DNA of 64,000 bases, taken from the NCBI RefSeq assembly GCF_026571515.1, contig NW_026855520.1, positions 1 to 64,000 on the forward strand, in the 5' to 3' direction. Of the stretch, positions 1-11,014 are shown in pieces; positions within the stretch are counted from its first letter, which is position 1, and the number at the start of each line of letters is the position of its first letter. This DNA is from Ruditapes philippinarum. Lineage: Eukaryota. Position numbers and translations under genes: made by a program. A model generated the notes under the pieces. That model worked only from the letters and a program-made list of their open reading frames with translations, did not search any database and was not told where the DNA came from.

Positions 1-354
1 ACATTTTTTTTCATGTCAAATTAAAAAAAAAAATGGTTTCTCTCAATACTGAAAGTAGAACACACTCTGGAAATGAAAAAATTGGATGAATTTCACAAAG
101 ACCAATTTCAGAAATTTTGTTTGTTATACACGCGTTACATGGTGCTACAGTGTTTATCAGTATAATAGAAGACTGTTACATGAATTTAAGGCAGGTATGA
201 GGAAATTAACTAACATCATGTTCGTACGAGTCAAAGATATAAAAGCTATTTGACATTGTTGATGTATAAAAAATTATTGTTAATCGATTTATTGGGAGAT
301 CAATATACTATTTTGTTGAATTACTTTAAAACCCTCTGTTTTTACATTCATAAA

Positions 355-1396
355 ACAAGAGGGCCATGATGGCCCTGAAGTCGCTCACCTGTATATAGGC
401 CCCCGGAGCGGGGCAAGTGTAAACCCCAGGGCTTTTATTTGAATAAACTTGGTAGACACCCATTAGCAGATGTTTCATGCTAAACATCTAAGGTCTAGCT
501 TGTTGGGTTTTTTAAAAAAAGATTTTTTAAGTTTTTTCTTTATACATAAAAACAATGACACTCCTTGGGCAGGGCCAGTTTTGACCCCAGGGCTTTTATT
601 TGAACAATCTTTGTAGACACTTACTAGAAGATGTTTCATGCTTAATATCTAAACTCTAGCTGTTCGGGTTATTTCCAAGAAGATTTTTAAGTTTTGCTAT
701 ACACATATAAGGAAAATCAATGTCCCCCGGGGCGGGGCCAATTTTGACCCCAGGGCTCTTAGTTGAACAAACTTGGTAGACATCCATTAGAACATGTTTC
801 ATGCTAAATACCTTAGCTCTAGCTCTTTGGGTTTTTTTAAAAGAAGATTTTTAAGTTTTTACTTTATGCATATAGGAAAAATCAATGACCCCCTGGGGCG
901 GGGCCAATTTTGACCCAAGGGCTTTTATTTGAACAAACTTGGTAGACACCCATTAGAAGATGTTTCATGCTAAATATCTTAGCTCTAGCTCTTTGGGTTC
1001 TTTAAAAGAAGATTTTTAAAGTTTTTACTATATACATATAGGGAAAATCAATGACCCCCTGGGGCGGGCCAATTTTAACCCCAGGGCTTTTATTTGAACA
1101 AACTTGGTAGACACTCACTAGAAGATGTTTCATGCCAAATATCTAAGCTCTAGCTCTTTTGGTTTTTTAGAAGATGATATTTAAAGTTTTTTCTTTTGGT
1201 TGCCTTGGCAACCAGAGTTCTGCATGGAATTAAATTCTTTGAACAATTTTGAAAGGTGACCACAAAAGGATCATTTCTGTAAAGTTTGTTTGCAATTGGT
1301 TTAGGGGGTTGATGTTGTTTGAAAAGTTTGACGCCATTTTTTGAAGGACGCACGACGCACGACGGACGCAGAGTGATGACAAAAGGTGAGCTAAAA
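355..1396. mobile_element. Non-autonomous Helentron-associated (HINE-like) element with about five internal tandem repeats of ~163 bp
   Basis: Terminal palindrome AGGGCCATGATGGCCCT (360-376). Subterminal inverted repeat GCTCACCT (383) / AGGTGAGC (1384). GACG microsatellite near 1346-1368. Core unit (CCCAGGGCTTTTATTTGAACAAACTTGGTAGAC) recurs near 425, 586, 749, 914 and 1080. Confidence 0.8.
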
Positions 1397-2804
1397 ACAT
1401 TACTCCCCATGTTCAAACTGCAGACCAACGTTCTGTTGTTCAAATTTCACAGTATTCGGCACAAAACCAAATGCCTTCAAAAAAATAGAATCAACATCTT
1501 ACTGAAAAAATTCGAGAAATCGAGGTCGATATAAATATTCGCGATAAAAATGTCAGATTCAGGGCGGTAAAAAAAGAAAGGAGCTATATACCGGAAAGAA
1601 CCTACGGAAAAGACAATTTCAAAATAATAATACTTTAATATTATCATAACGCGACACGAATGACCACTTATATCTATCAAAAGATTTTCGGACTTTCACA
1701 ATGTTTAGGTCATCTTGCTATTTATAGCTTTCGAATTCATGTACAGCAGTACTGCTTTCCGGTTTTCATTCATTAATATGACATGCTGCAAATCACCGAA
1801 GGGGAAACCAATATAATAGAAATCGGAAGGAGTTCTGTAATCCGAATTTATTTTTAGCTGTAAATCGAAGGGATTAATTGATAAAATCCGGGCCCATGGA
1901 CAAAATAAGTAAACACAAATAGCAATAAAGACTCGGACATTTGGGAAACTTCCTGCAAACAGATTTGCTCAGTTTCTTCTGTTTCAGGCTTTATAAATTA
2001 AGTAACACTCCTAAATGTTATTTCTCGTTATTTTTTGTCAGTCTAAAATACTCTAAAATGAACTTATTTTATGTAGAAAGGTATGAATGCCGATTATATT
2101 TTTGAGGGCTTTTAAGAGTAACTGCATCCAGTTTAAACATAGACATACAAATGTACATACTATTACAACCAACCGTTAATAAATTGGTTTTCGCAAATAT
2201 CCCGGCTATTTATGTCATATTTCGGCCGCAATTGTAAGAATAAGTAATGGTTAGTTTATCTTCAAATCTGGTTTACTATTTCACAATTAACATTGCCTGT
2301 CTTAAACTATGTTCATTAATATGCCATGTAAAATTAGACACTTAGTTATAGTAGATAATAAACCACAAAGTAATAAATATACTTTTATTCATCAGCAAAA
2401 AAAACTGGTAATAAGCACTGAAAGGAATCGTATTTTTATGAGCAAATAATTGTATGTTAATTATAAGGAAAGTAGAAATGCTTGTCAAACACGCGTTCTC
2501 TTTTCCGCTGTTCTAAAATTGTCAAAATCATTACATTTAAACTCTCTTTATTTTCCTTGAGAAATATTGTCGTCATCTTACAATGTTAAGTATTTACTTC
2601 TGTTTATTCAATATATTTCATTTATATGTATACAATATGTTTTGTTGTATCATGTTTTAGTGAGAATTCACACAGAATCTGTTTGAATATACATGTAGAT
2701 ATTTATGATTCTATGATTCTAACACGGTAAGTTCATACACATATGTGCTCCTATAAGACCTATTTTACATATTTTAATCAATACCTCGCTGACTTAGTTT
2801 TTTA

Positions 2805-3050
2805 CGCGTCGGTGGCCAAATGGCTTTAGACAACTTGCCTATATCCGCTGTGGTTTGCAGTCGCGCTATGGAATTCATTTTTTTCATTTAAGGAAGTTAT
2901 TCAACTAGCTAATGGAATGTCAGTGGTTTTACTTAGGTGTCCGCTCGAACCTGAAATAATGCATAGAGTGACAGACCCTCATCCTAAGATCTTCCACTGC
3001 CAGTAATTCTTCATCATTTTCTGTCATGCCGGTAAGACTTAAACTTCTTA
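2805..3050 (+). mobile_element. Degenerate tRNA-derived SINE (same family as 9037-9348)
   Basis: Collinear similarity to the 9037 copy: AGGAAG..ATTCAACTAGCT..GTCAGTGGTTTTACTTAGGTGTCCGCTCG..GAAATAATGC. Confidence 0.6.
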
Positions 3051-3843
3051 TCAAAAATAACGAAAAAGAAAATAAAGGAAAAAAAGTTATGCATTTGTTC
3101 TGCTTTCAATTCTTACACGACAGTGTCATTTTGATGGGTTTTTATCGCAAAATTTATCACCAGTATTTAGCAGCCAACAAAATATAGTTCAGTTACAGTA
3201 CATATATGTGTAGCCTGGGCGGACTGCTTTTTGGTAAGACATCATCGCTTTTAGAAAATGAATGTTAAACAATAGAATTATAAGACATTATGAAACTTAC
3301 ATTGCTGCAAATGATAAGTATCATTATCATTATATTGAATGTAAGTAAATAGATGGATTTTTTGGCGGGAAAGCATAACAGTGAGACTACCTTAAATATA
3401 CGCAAATTAGGAAATATTACGAATATTTTTCTAACAATTGAATGTGAATATAATTCTAATAACAACCACAACGACAACAACAACAAACTTCCCTTTTGCT
3501 ACCACATAGTTTTTTTCAGTTTATTTTAAAGTATATTCATGTTTCTGGAATAAGATAGAGGAAAATAAGAAAATAAATGAATTTGAATAATAATATTCCT
3601 ATGGGAAATTTATATTTTTTAACAAAGTCCTGCATTTGACAGTTCATGTGCACGATGAATAATTTTCATTTTTGAATTATAAAAAGTATTTGAAAACATT
3701 ATAAAGGGTATTTGAAAACTAAATTCAGGAAATGCGTATGTTTCAGTAATAAAGATTATTTCATCAAATATTTAAAAGAAATATGTTCCTCGAAATTTAC
3801 TTATTTAAAGATAAGTTTTGTCATAAAAAGCTGTTTTTACTAC

Positions 3844-4547
3844 GGCCTCAACAGACGGTAGGATTTTGAAGTACAACACCAATTAAAACTAAGATTTACC
3901 AGCAAATCTTAATGTGTGAAGGCTACTATTTCTTGAATTCGTAAACCTTAAGTCTAGATGTAAGGGATAGGACATGTTCTTCTACAGACCTCCCACAATG
4001 ACAAGTAACAGGTTACCAAATAATCTCCTGATAATGGGTGTAATGAATGAAATTCCAGAACAATAAGGGCTATAAGGTAAACATAGTATTAAAATGGGGT
4101 AAAAATGATGTTGAAAAACTCTTCAGGAGACCCAAAGTTGTGGTATGTTCGAATCCCAAATTATTCCGAAAAAGATTATGTCCCCGTATTGAACTCAATC
4201 AGGGATGTAGTTTGTAGGCGGCCGGATAGCTCAGTCAGTAGAGCCGCAGTACGGTATTCCGAGGGTCCCAGGTTCGATTCTCGGTCAGGCTGCACATTAA
4301 AAAAAATAGAATTAAAAATAATTTTAAGAAATGAAGGTGCTTCAATCATTACTCATGGAGAAATATTTTATTTAGTGAGTAAAGTATGTAAAGGATCAAT
4401 TGGGAGAGAACTTTATTTTAGGGAAACCTCAGATGATTCCTACAATGCAGAATTACAGTCTGGATGCAAGTGTTTTATTGCTTTTAAAATTGTACATATT
4501 ATCTCTAATTAGTGTTGTACAACTAAATCCTACCGTCTGTTGAGGCC
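3844..4547. mobile_element. MITE with ~40-bp terminal inverted repeats
   Basis: GGCCTCAACAGACGGTAGGATTT..GTACAACAC at 3844 and its reverse complement ending at 4547. No coding capacity. TSD not clean. Confidence 0.8.
4218..4294 (+). pseudogene. tRNA(Lys)-like sequence (pseudo-tRNA or repeat-borne tRNA head) inside the MITE
   Basis: GCCGGATAGCTCAGTCAGTAGAGC (A box/D arm) and GGTTCGATTCTC (B box/T arm). Acceptor-like pairing GCGGCC/GGCTGC. The anticodon arm is degenerate. Confidence 0.6.
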
Positions 4548-5193
4548 TTTACTCAATTGTTACGGTTATGCTGTTTAAATGTGATCAATGTTCTCATAAA
4601 AATACATCAATTCAATTACAGTAGATCCCCGCCACACGACCATCCCGTTTTTACGACCGATCTGCTATTACGACCAATTTTACAAAGAGCGGATTCTTTT
4701 CTTCCTAATTGAATAGTCTTTCTATCCGAAATTAAGACCACCCTATTATTACGTAATAACGACCATTTTTTCTCGACCAATTAACAATTTTGCATGTATT
4801 TTGACCCCGTTATTCAGACCATACCTGGATACAGGGCTGGGGATTAAAACTGCGTCCGTATGTAAGCAAGTTAGATTAGCAAGTTAGATTGATTATGATA
4901 CAGTTCTATGGACGAATAATGCTTGTCAAACACAACGTTCTTTGTTTTGCAAATGGAAAATTCGTAACATTTTAACTATTTTCTCTTATCATTTATGGCA
5001 ACTTTTCGCTATGAAGAGTATGGCATATTTCAATATTTGTTTTTACTTAAATCTGAACTTGCAAGACAAAAAGAATTTACACAAAGTTTACAGGGCACTC
5101 AAGGAAATATTTAAATACATTATTCCTTTATCGCAAATTGTTGGCTGAACCAAAACATGTTGGAAAAAAATTTAAAACTTCTATATCGAAGAT

Positions 5194-6362
5194 ATAGAGG
5201 ATATTTGTTTGTTTGTGTGTAAGATGAAATTTTATTTCATCGAGTGGGCTTTAAAAACAGTATTCTCACGAGTGGCGAAGCCACGAGTGAGAATACTGTT
5301 TTTAAAGTTCACGAGATGAAATAAAATTACATCTTGCACAACAAACAGACAAATGTTCTTTTTATTTTATGCTTAAAAACAAGTTAAAACGAAATTTCCA
5401 TAATTTTAACGTTAATATTAAAACTGTTTCCCCCATTGAGAGCCCCATTTATTCGGAATTTCTCATTAAAAAAAAGAAGTCTTGAGCTGAAAAATAAGTC
5501 CGCCAATCAACATTAAATGGCGGTGATATTTATTAATTTTATTAACAAAATATGAATGATCGCTTGTTTTGATAATAAAAACAAACAATTCTTGTAGGAG
5601 AAAAAGTCCAACCATCCATCCATATTTCTGTTACTTAGTGCGAATTTATATTAGACCTGGCTTTGTAAATTGTAAGCGGCAGCCATTTTTTAAAGTTGTG
5701 TATTTCATGGGAGGAAAATAATTGTGTAAGATTCAGAAGGATATAATTTGGATTTGTTAGTCATACACATTTTTAAAAGAAAGAAAACTTATTTGAGGAT
5801 TGTAACAGACAAAAAATAAGTGTTGACAGATGTGAAAACATTCAGAAAAGGAGCTAGGAAAATGGAAAACTTGGAAACCTGCTCAAGAACGCTGGGTTGA
5901 TTTAACTTATTCTTCGAGTTATGGCTGTCAATGCTTTCAATTTTTCATAAAGCATACGGCAGCTATTGCTCGTAGGATACTTTAATATGCCCAAATGTCA
6001 TCAAGAGCAGTTTTGCATGGGGAAGGAATGTATTTTTGAGACTGTCAAAATGAAACAAAAAAACGAAATTTGGTGATTGGAATTTCATGAATTTGAATGA
6101 ATAGAAGTAAGTTTTCTTCTTTTTATTACTTTTGACATTTAAGTTAATTATCAATTTCAGTTTTGCTTTTTCTTTAAACAGCCTGACATTGTCAGAATTG
6201 TCAGCAAAAATAAAATTGAGGTACCACATGGGGAAAATCTTAAAAAAAGTAGTTTCGTCATTGAAAAGAGTGAAATTATATTTTGATAATTTTCACTGTG
6301 AAATTACCAAATATAATTTTCACGGATAAATCAGTAATCCATTGAAAAGCATAAAATAAAAA
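5194..6362 (+). mobile_element. Non-autonomous element with a long terminal hairpin (~80-bp arms, 5197-5360); superfamily uncertain
   Basis: Starts ATAGAGGATATT. Fold-back centred on GTGGC-GAA-GCCAC (~5272-5284). TTTATTTTATGCTT (5361) is the reverse complement of AAGCATAAAATAAA (~6347). Confidence 0.6.
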
Positions 6363-6483
6363 TGTATTTTTTACCCAGATTTAAAAAAAAATCTAATATT
6401 AGTCTAAAAAATTAACTGGTATTCATTAGATTTGCAACTGATATAAAACATATTTTCTGGCATTTTTGGTAATAAATGCCCAT

Positions 6484-7882
6484 TTTATACGCCCGTTTGA
6501 AAAACGGGACGTATTATGGGAACGCCCCTGGCGGGCGGGCGGGCGGTCGGGCGGGCGGCGTCCAATTTTGTCCGGAGCATATCTCCTACATGTATGGAGG
6601 GATTTTAATGAAACTTCATAGAAATGTTCACCACTATGAGGAGCAGTGTCGCGCACATGAACCAGGTCTCTAGGTCACACTTAGAGCTCATTGAAAAATG
6701 CTTGTCCGGAGCAAAACTTCCACATGTATAGAGGGATTTCAATATTACTTGGCACAAATGTTCACCATTGTGAGGCGGAGTGTCGCGCGCAAGATTCAGG
6801 TCCTTGCGGCCAAGGTCAAGGTCACACATAGAGGTCAAAGTTCAGATAAAAATATGAAGATGTGTATATGGACCATTTAGTCATCATTTATTGAGGGATT
6901 GTAACACAAATGGTCATTATCATGACTACGGCTGTGACACATGTACTTTAGGTCAATATATGCAAGGTCAAGGTCACTAAAGATGGTGAAATATCCAGAT
7001 TTTGTCTGGAGCATATCTCCTACATGTATGGAAGAATTTTTATAATACTTTATGGAAATGTTCACCACCATGATATGTATTGCTCCATGCATAATCCAGG
7101 TCTCCATGTCAAAGGTCAAGGTCACACTTAGAGCTCATTGAAAAACGCTTGTCCGGAGCAAAACTTCTACATTCATAGGGGGGATTTAAATATAACATGG
7201 CACAAATGTTCACCATTGTGAGGCTGAGTGTCGCACGCAAAATTCAGATCCCTGCGACCAAAGTCAAAGTTACACATAGAGGTCAAAGTTCAGATAAAAA
7301 TTTGAAGATGTGTATAGGGACCATTTAGTCATTATTTATTGATGGATTGTAGCACAAATGGTAACTATCATGACTACAGGTGTGACACATTTAATTTAGG
7401 TTAATATTTGCAAGGTCAAGGTCACTGGAGATGATTAAATATCCAGATCTTGTCCGGAGCATATTTTCTACATGCATGGAGGAATTTTAATGTTACTTTA
7501 TAGAATTGTTCACCACCATGAGACGTAGTGCCCTGCACATGAACCAAGTCTCTAGGTCAAAGGTGAAGGTCACAGTTAGAGCTCATAGAAAAACGCTTGT
7601 CTGGAGCAAAACTTCTACATGCATAAAGGGATTTCAATATAATTTGGCACAAATGTTCATCATTGTGAGGCTGAGTGCCGTGCATAAAATTCAGGTCCCT
7701 GCGACCAAGGTCAAGGTCACACATCCTGTGCATATCTTCCCTACTGATTTGTTTTAAGGTTCATTTAACAACACAGTGCCAAGAATAAAAACTTGCTTGC
7801 TAGATAACACTTATCCATAATGCCCCCATCTCCATCTAAAGCTTTCGTAAACGGGCGTATTTTGTGACTATGGCACCCTTTT
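6484..7882 (+). mobile_element. HINE-like element with about three higher-order repeats of ~435 bp
   Basis: Subterminal inverted repeat ATACGCCCGTTT (6487) / AAACGGGCGTAT (7849). (GGGC)n microsatellite at 6529-6560. TTGTCCGGAGCATAT-like motif recurs near 6568, 7002 and 7450. AAGGTCAAGGTCAC motifs. Confidence 0.8.
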
Positions 7883-8427
7883 TCAACTTTAAACATGTGT
7901 TATCTTGTTGTTGTTTTTTATAAACAAAGCCACAACAGTAGCAGGTGTCCAGAGAACCATAATGCCAAAATTAGACAATGTTAAAATTAAGATGATGGTA
8001 TATTCATAAAATATGAGCTTTTAATTGGTCATTTATTGACGCCGTTGTTTATAATAAGTATTCATCGGCTATTGTTGTATAGTTTTTTTATTATGCTATG
8101 TTTAAGACAGCGTGTTTTATTCATCTAAGATAAAAAAAATGAATATAAGGAAAACCGTCGCCCATATAGGTCTGAATGATGATGATGGTGGTGGTGGTGG
8201 TATAAAGAAGTAAAGAATGATCGTGATTAGAATTACAAAGCAAATGTTTACTTAGCAACAGCCAACGGTATTGCGAATTGATAATCAAACATTTGATTCT
8301 ATACAGCATTGACTAGTATTAAATGAAAAACAAAAGACCCATTAGATTTATTAATATTGATGAATCAAACAAGATTAGAATGACAGTCACTGTTAAACCA
8401 TAAATTACTAGTATCACCTCGACGCAA

Positions 8428-8437
8428 TATATAAAAG
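8428..8437 (+). promoter_or_regulatory. Candidate TATA box of receptor copy 1
   Basis: TATATAAAAG lies about 30 bp upstream of an Inr-like ACAGT and 38/50 bp upstream of the ATGs at 8466/8478. Confidence 0.4.
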
Positions 8438-8465
8438 GATCTCACTATTTGCGTATGAACAGTGA

Positions 8466-11014
8466 ATGATTCAAATAATGGAGAAATGTGGAATAATTCT
8501 ACTGTTGATGACTATGTCTGCCTTGCATCCAGCGACCTGTTACTTGCATAGTGACATGACTAGACTAATCGAGGATCTTTTCAACGACACAAGATACAGC
8601 AGACTTATCCGCCCAATTTACAACCAGGATAAAGTGATGGAGGTAATGGTTGACGTTCGTGATTTCGCATGATATGATTCACATGCCGTATGTTTTTGCT
8701 TTAACTTAAAGATCCGGCAACTCAATTTTGTATGGTTTGATATCATAAATATAATGCTCAAATGAAGATTTATCAAAATTGTAGGTTCCAAAAAGCATTA
8801 TTTGTCAAGATATTTCCGAATTTACATTTCATGTTAATAAAGAGAGGTAATTACAAAAATTTATTTTCTATAAAGTCTGAGGCAAATTTTTCAAAAAGAA
8901 ATGAATGCATATATCTTAATGATTACATATCATGTGGACACATAATTATTATTTGAAGTACATATTTTACTTATTCTTCGATATTTGAAAATTGTTTAAG
9001 AAGCATAATTATATACATATACTAAATTTCATTTAAGTGTGGCCGAGTGATTAAGGTCGCTGACTTGAGATCACAGGTCCCTCACCGCTGCAGGTTCGAT
9101 CCTCACCCGGGTCGAAATCTTTCATGTGAGGAAGCCATCAAGCTGGCTTAAGGAAGGTCGGTGGTTCTACCCAGGTGCCCGCTCGTGCCCGAAATAATGC
9201 CCGGAGGGGCACCTGGGGTCTTCCTCCACCAATAAAGCTGAAAAAAAATCGACGAAAAAATCTCGGCGGGACGCTCTAGGATGGCCCGACTTGAGTGTAC
9301 GGTCGCCCATATGTGCTTTCCGGCGGCGACCTTAAATAAACGCATTAAAAAAAATAACATGGTAAAACATTAATTACAACATACAAGATCTTTAAACTGC
9401 TTGAATTGATTGGTCTTTGCCACCATAGTCATTCCAGGCTGGTCAACTGTGCAATCTTACCAGGCATTATATTGTGTTGTTGTTTTCTTCTTTTTTTAAT
9501 TTTTCTCTTTTTTGTATTTTGATATTCAAATATTGTAAACTTTGAAGGACTGTCGGTTCAAAGCTCAAAGCCGACCAAGTACAATACGTGAATTGTGAAT
9601 ATTGAGGATAAATATTTAACAGTAAGGCAAACTTTACTCAAATTTCAAATAAACTTATTGCTAAATAAAGTTTATAATATATTTTTATGAATTATTTTGT
9701 GGATTATTTTAATCTAAATAAAGTCTTTTTTATACACAGGTCAACATTACTCCTGGAATTATGACTATTGAAAGTCTGGACTTAACAACGAGTGAACTTC
9801 TTACTATAATGTATATTCAGATATCATGGATCGACGAGTTTTTGATGTGGAATCCCTTTGACTATGGAGGTATCACAAAGTTACCCGTACCTTACGAAAA
9901 ACTTTGGATACCACCTTTATCACAGTCAAACGGAGCAATGAAAGAGAAGTCAGGCCAAATAATAAATCCTGGTTTTGCCCCAGTTTTCGTTTTACCTAAT
10001 GGATACGTGCTCCTCGTCACTACAGGATACTACGTAACTAACTGTGAAATAAACACTAGTTTGTATCCATTTGACTCGCATAAATGCACTTTTTATTTCT
10101 TTTCCGCGTTGAATGATGCCACAGAAATGGAGTTGAATTCTCTTACATCTGATTTTGCTCTCGGGTTACTTCAACAAAATGATGCATGGCGTCACACAAA
10201 GACTGATTTTAAAAAAGACACATTTTCAGCCGAGAATATTGCGTACAACATAGCCAGGCTTCAGTTTACGATAACACTAAAACGAAGACCTATATTTGAG
10301 ATCATAAATGTTTTTCTGCCGATTCTTCTGTTAACAGTTCTAAACCTTGCGGCTTATTTTGTTCCTGTCAATTCAGGCGAGAACGTTGCATACACTTTAG
10401 GCAGGCTTCAGTTTACGATAACACTAAAACGAAGACCTATATTTGAAATCATAAATGTTTTTCTACCCATTCTTCTGTTAACAGTTCTAAACCTTGCGGC
10501 TAATTTTGTTCCTGTCAATTCAGGCGAGCGTCTCTCATTTTCGATTACTTTATATCTTTCATTTGTATTCATAACGTCTGCAATGGTAAATGAAATGCCT
10601 CATGTCGCAAAGAATATAGCGTTTTCCTCTTACATCATGCTTTCTTTAAACGTCCTCAATACCGCAAGTGTACTTTGGAGTGTGTTTATGGTGCGGATGG
10701 CAACTTGGGCAAATCAAACGACACCGGTACCAATTTCTTTGCAGAAAGTGGTGAAGTTGGTCCACAAAATAGGTTCGACCACTTCTACGAAAGTCCATCC
10801 AAAAATAAACACAACCGATGACGATTCTGATGCAATCTCAACGGATAAAGGTCTTGAAAATTCTGATATTTATGATGAAGGAATAGTTGAAAAAGAATCA
10901 ATATTGTGGTCTGATGCAGTGAAAGTCTTTGACAAGATTTACTTTACGGTCACAACTGTTTTAGTCACATGCGTTATTTCAGTCATGATTTGTCTGTGGC
11001 ATCTTTCTGAATGA
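8466..11014 (+). CDS. Cys-loop ligand-gated ion channel subunit (nAChR-like, non-alpha), copy 1. Exons 8466-8642 and 9740-11014, ~483 aa including a 49-aa internal duplication
   Basis: Signal peptide, then RLIEDLF..YSRLIRP N-terminal helix. Phase-0 GT-AG intron (GAG|GTAATG ... ACACAG|GTC). W-x-D and WIPP motifs, Cys-loop CEINTSLYPFDSHKC (C-x13-C), LKRRP-M1, SGER-M2, M3, and M4 (FDKIYF). Confidence 0.93.
9037..9348 (+). mobile_element. tRNA-derived SINE with a V-domain-like body, in the intron of copy 1
   Basis: A box TGGCCGAGTG (9040), B box GGTTCGATCC (9093), body GGTCGGTGGTTCTACCCAGGTGCCC..CTTCCTCCACCAATAAAGCTG, A-rich tail. Confidence 0.85.
10232..10525 (+). repeat. In-frame 147-bp tandem duplication within the copy 1 CDS
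   Basis: Units 10232-10378 and 10379-10525 encode ENIAYNIARLQ...AAYFVPVNSG and ENVAYTLGRLQ...AANFVPVNSG. Confidence 0.95.

Noticed and set aside
421-1150. Regularly spaced repeats resembling a CRISPR array (also at 39.6 kb and 52.7 kb)
   Set aside because: Whole ~160-bp units repeat with no unique spacers. The context is eukaryotic, there are no cas genes, and the ends are those of HINE-like elements.
4218-4294. Functional tRNA gene
   Set aside because: The anticodon arm does not pair properly, and the sequence is embedded in a repeat.
4105-4512. 135-aa ORF inside the MITE
   Set aside because: No transposase motif. It reads through the tRNA-like insert and is likely spurious.
6426-7757. 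Cluster of 60-83 aa ORFs on both strands
   Set aside because: All lie within HINE tandem units and are chance frames.
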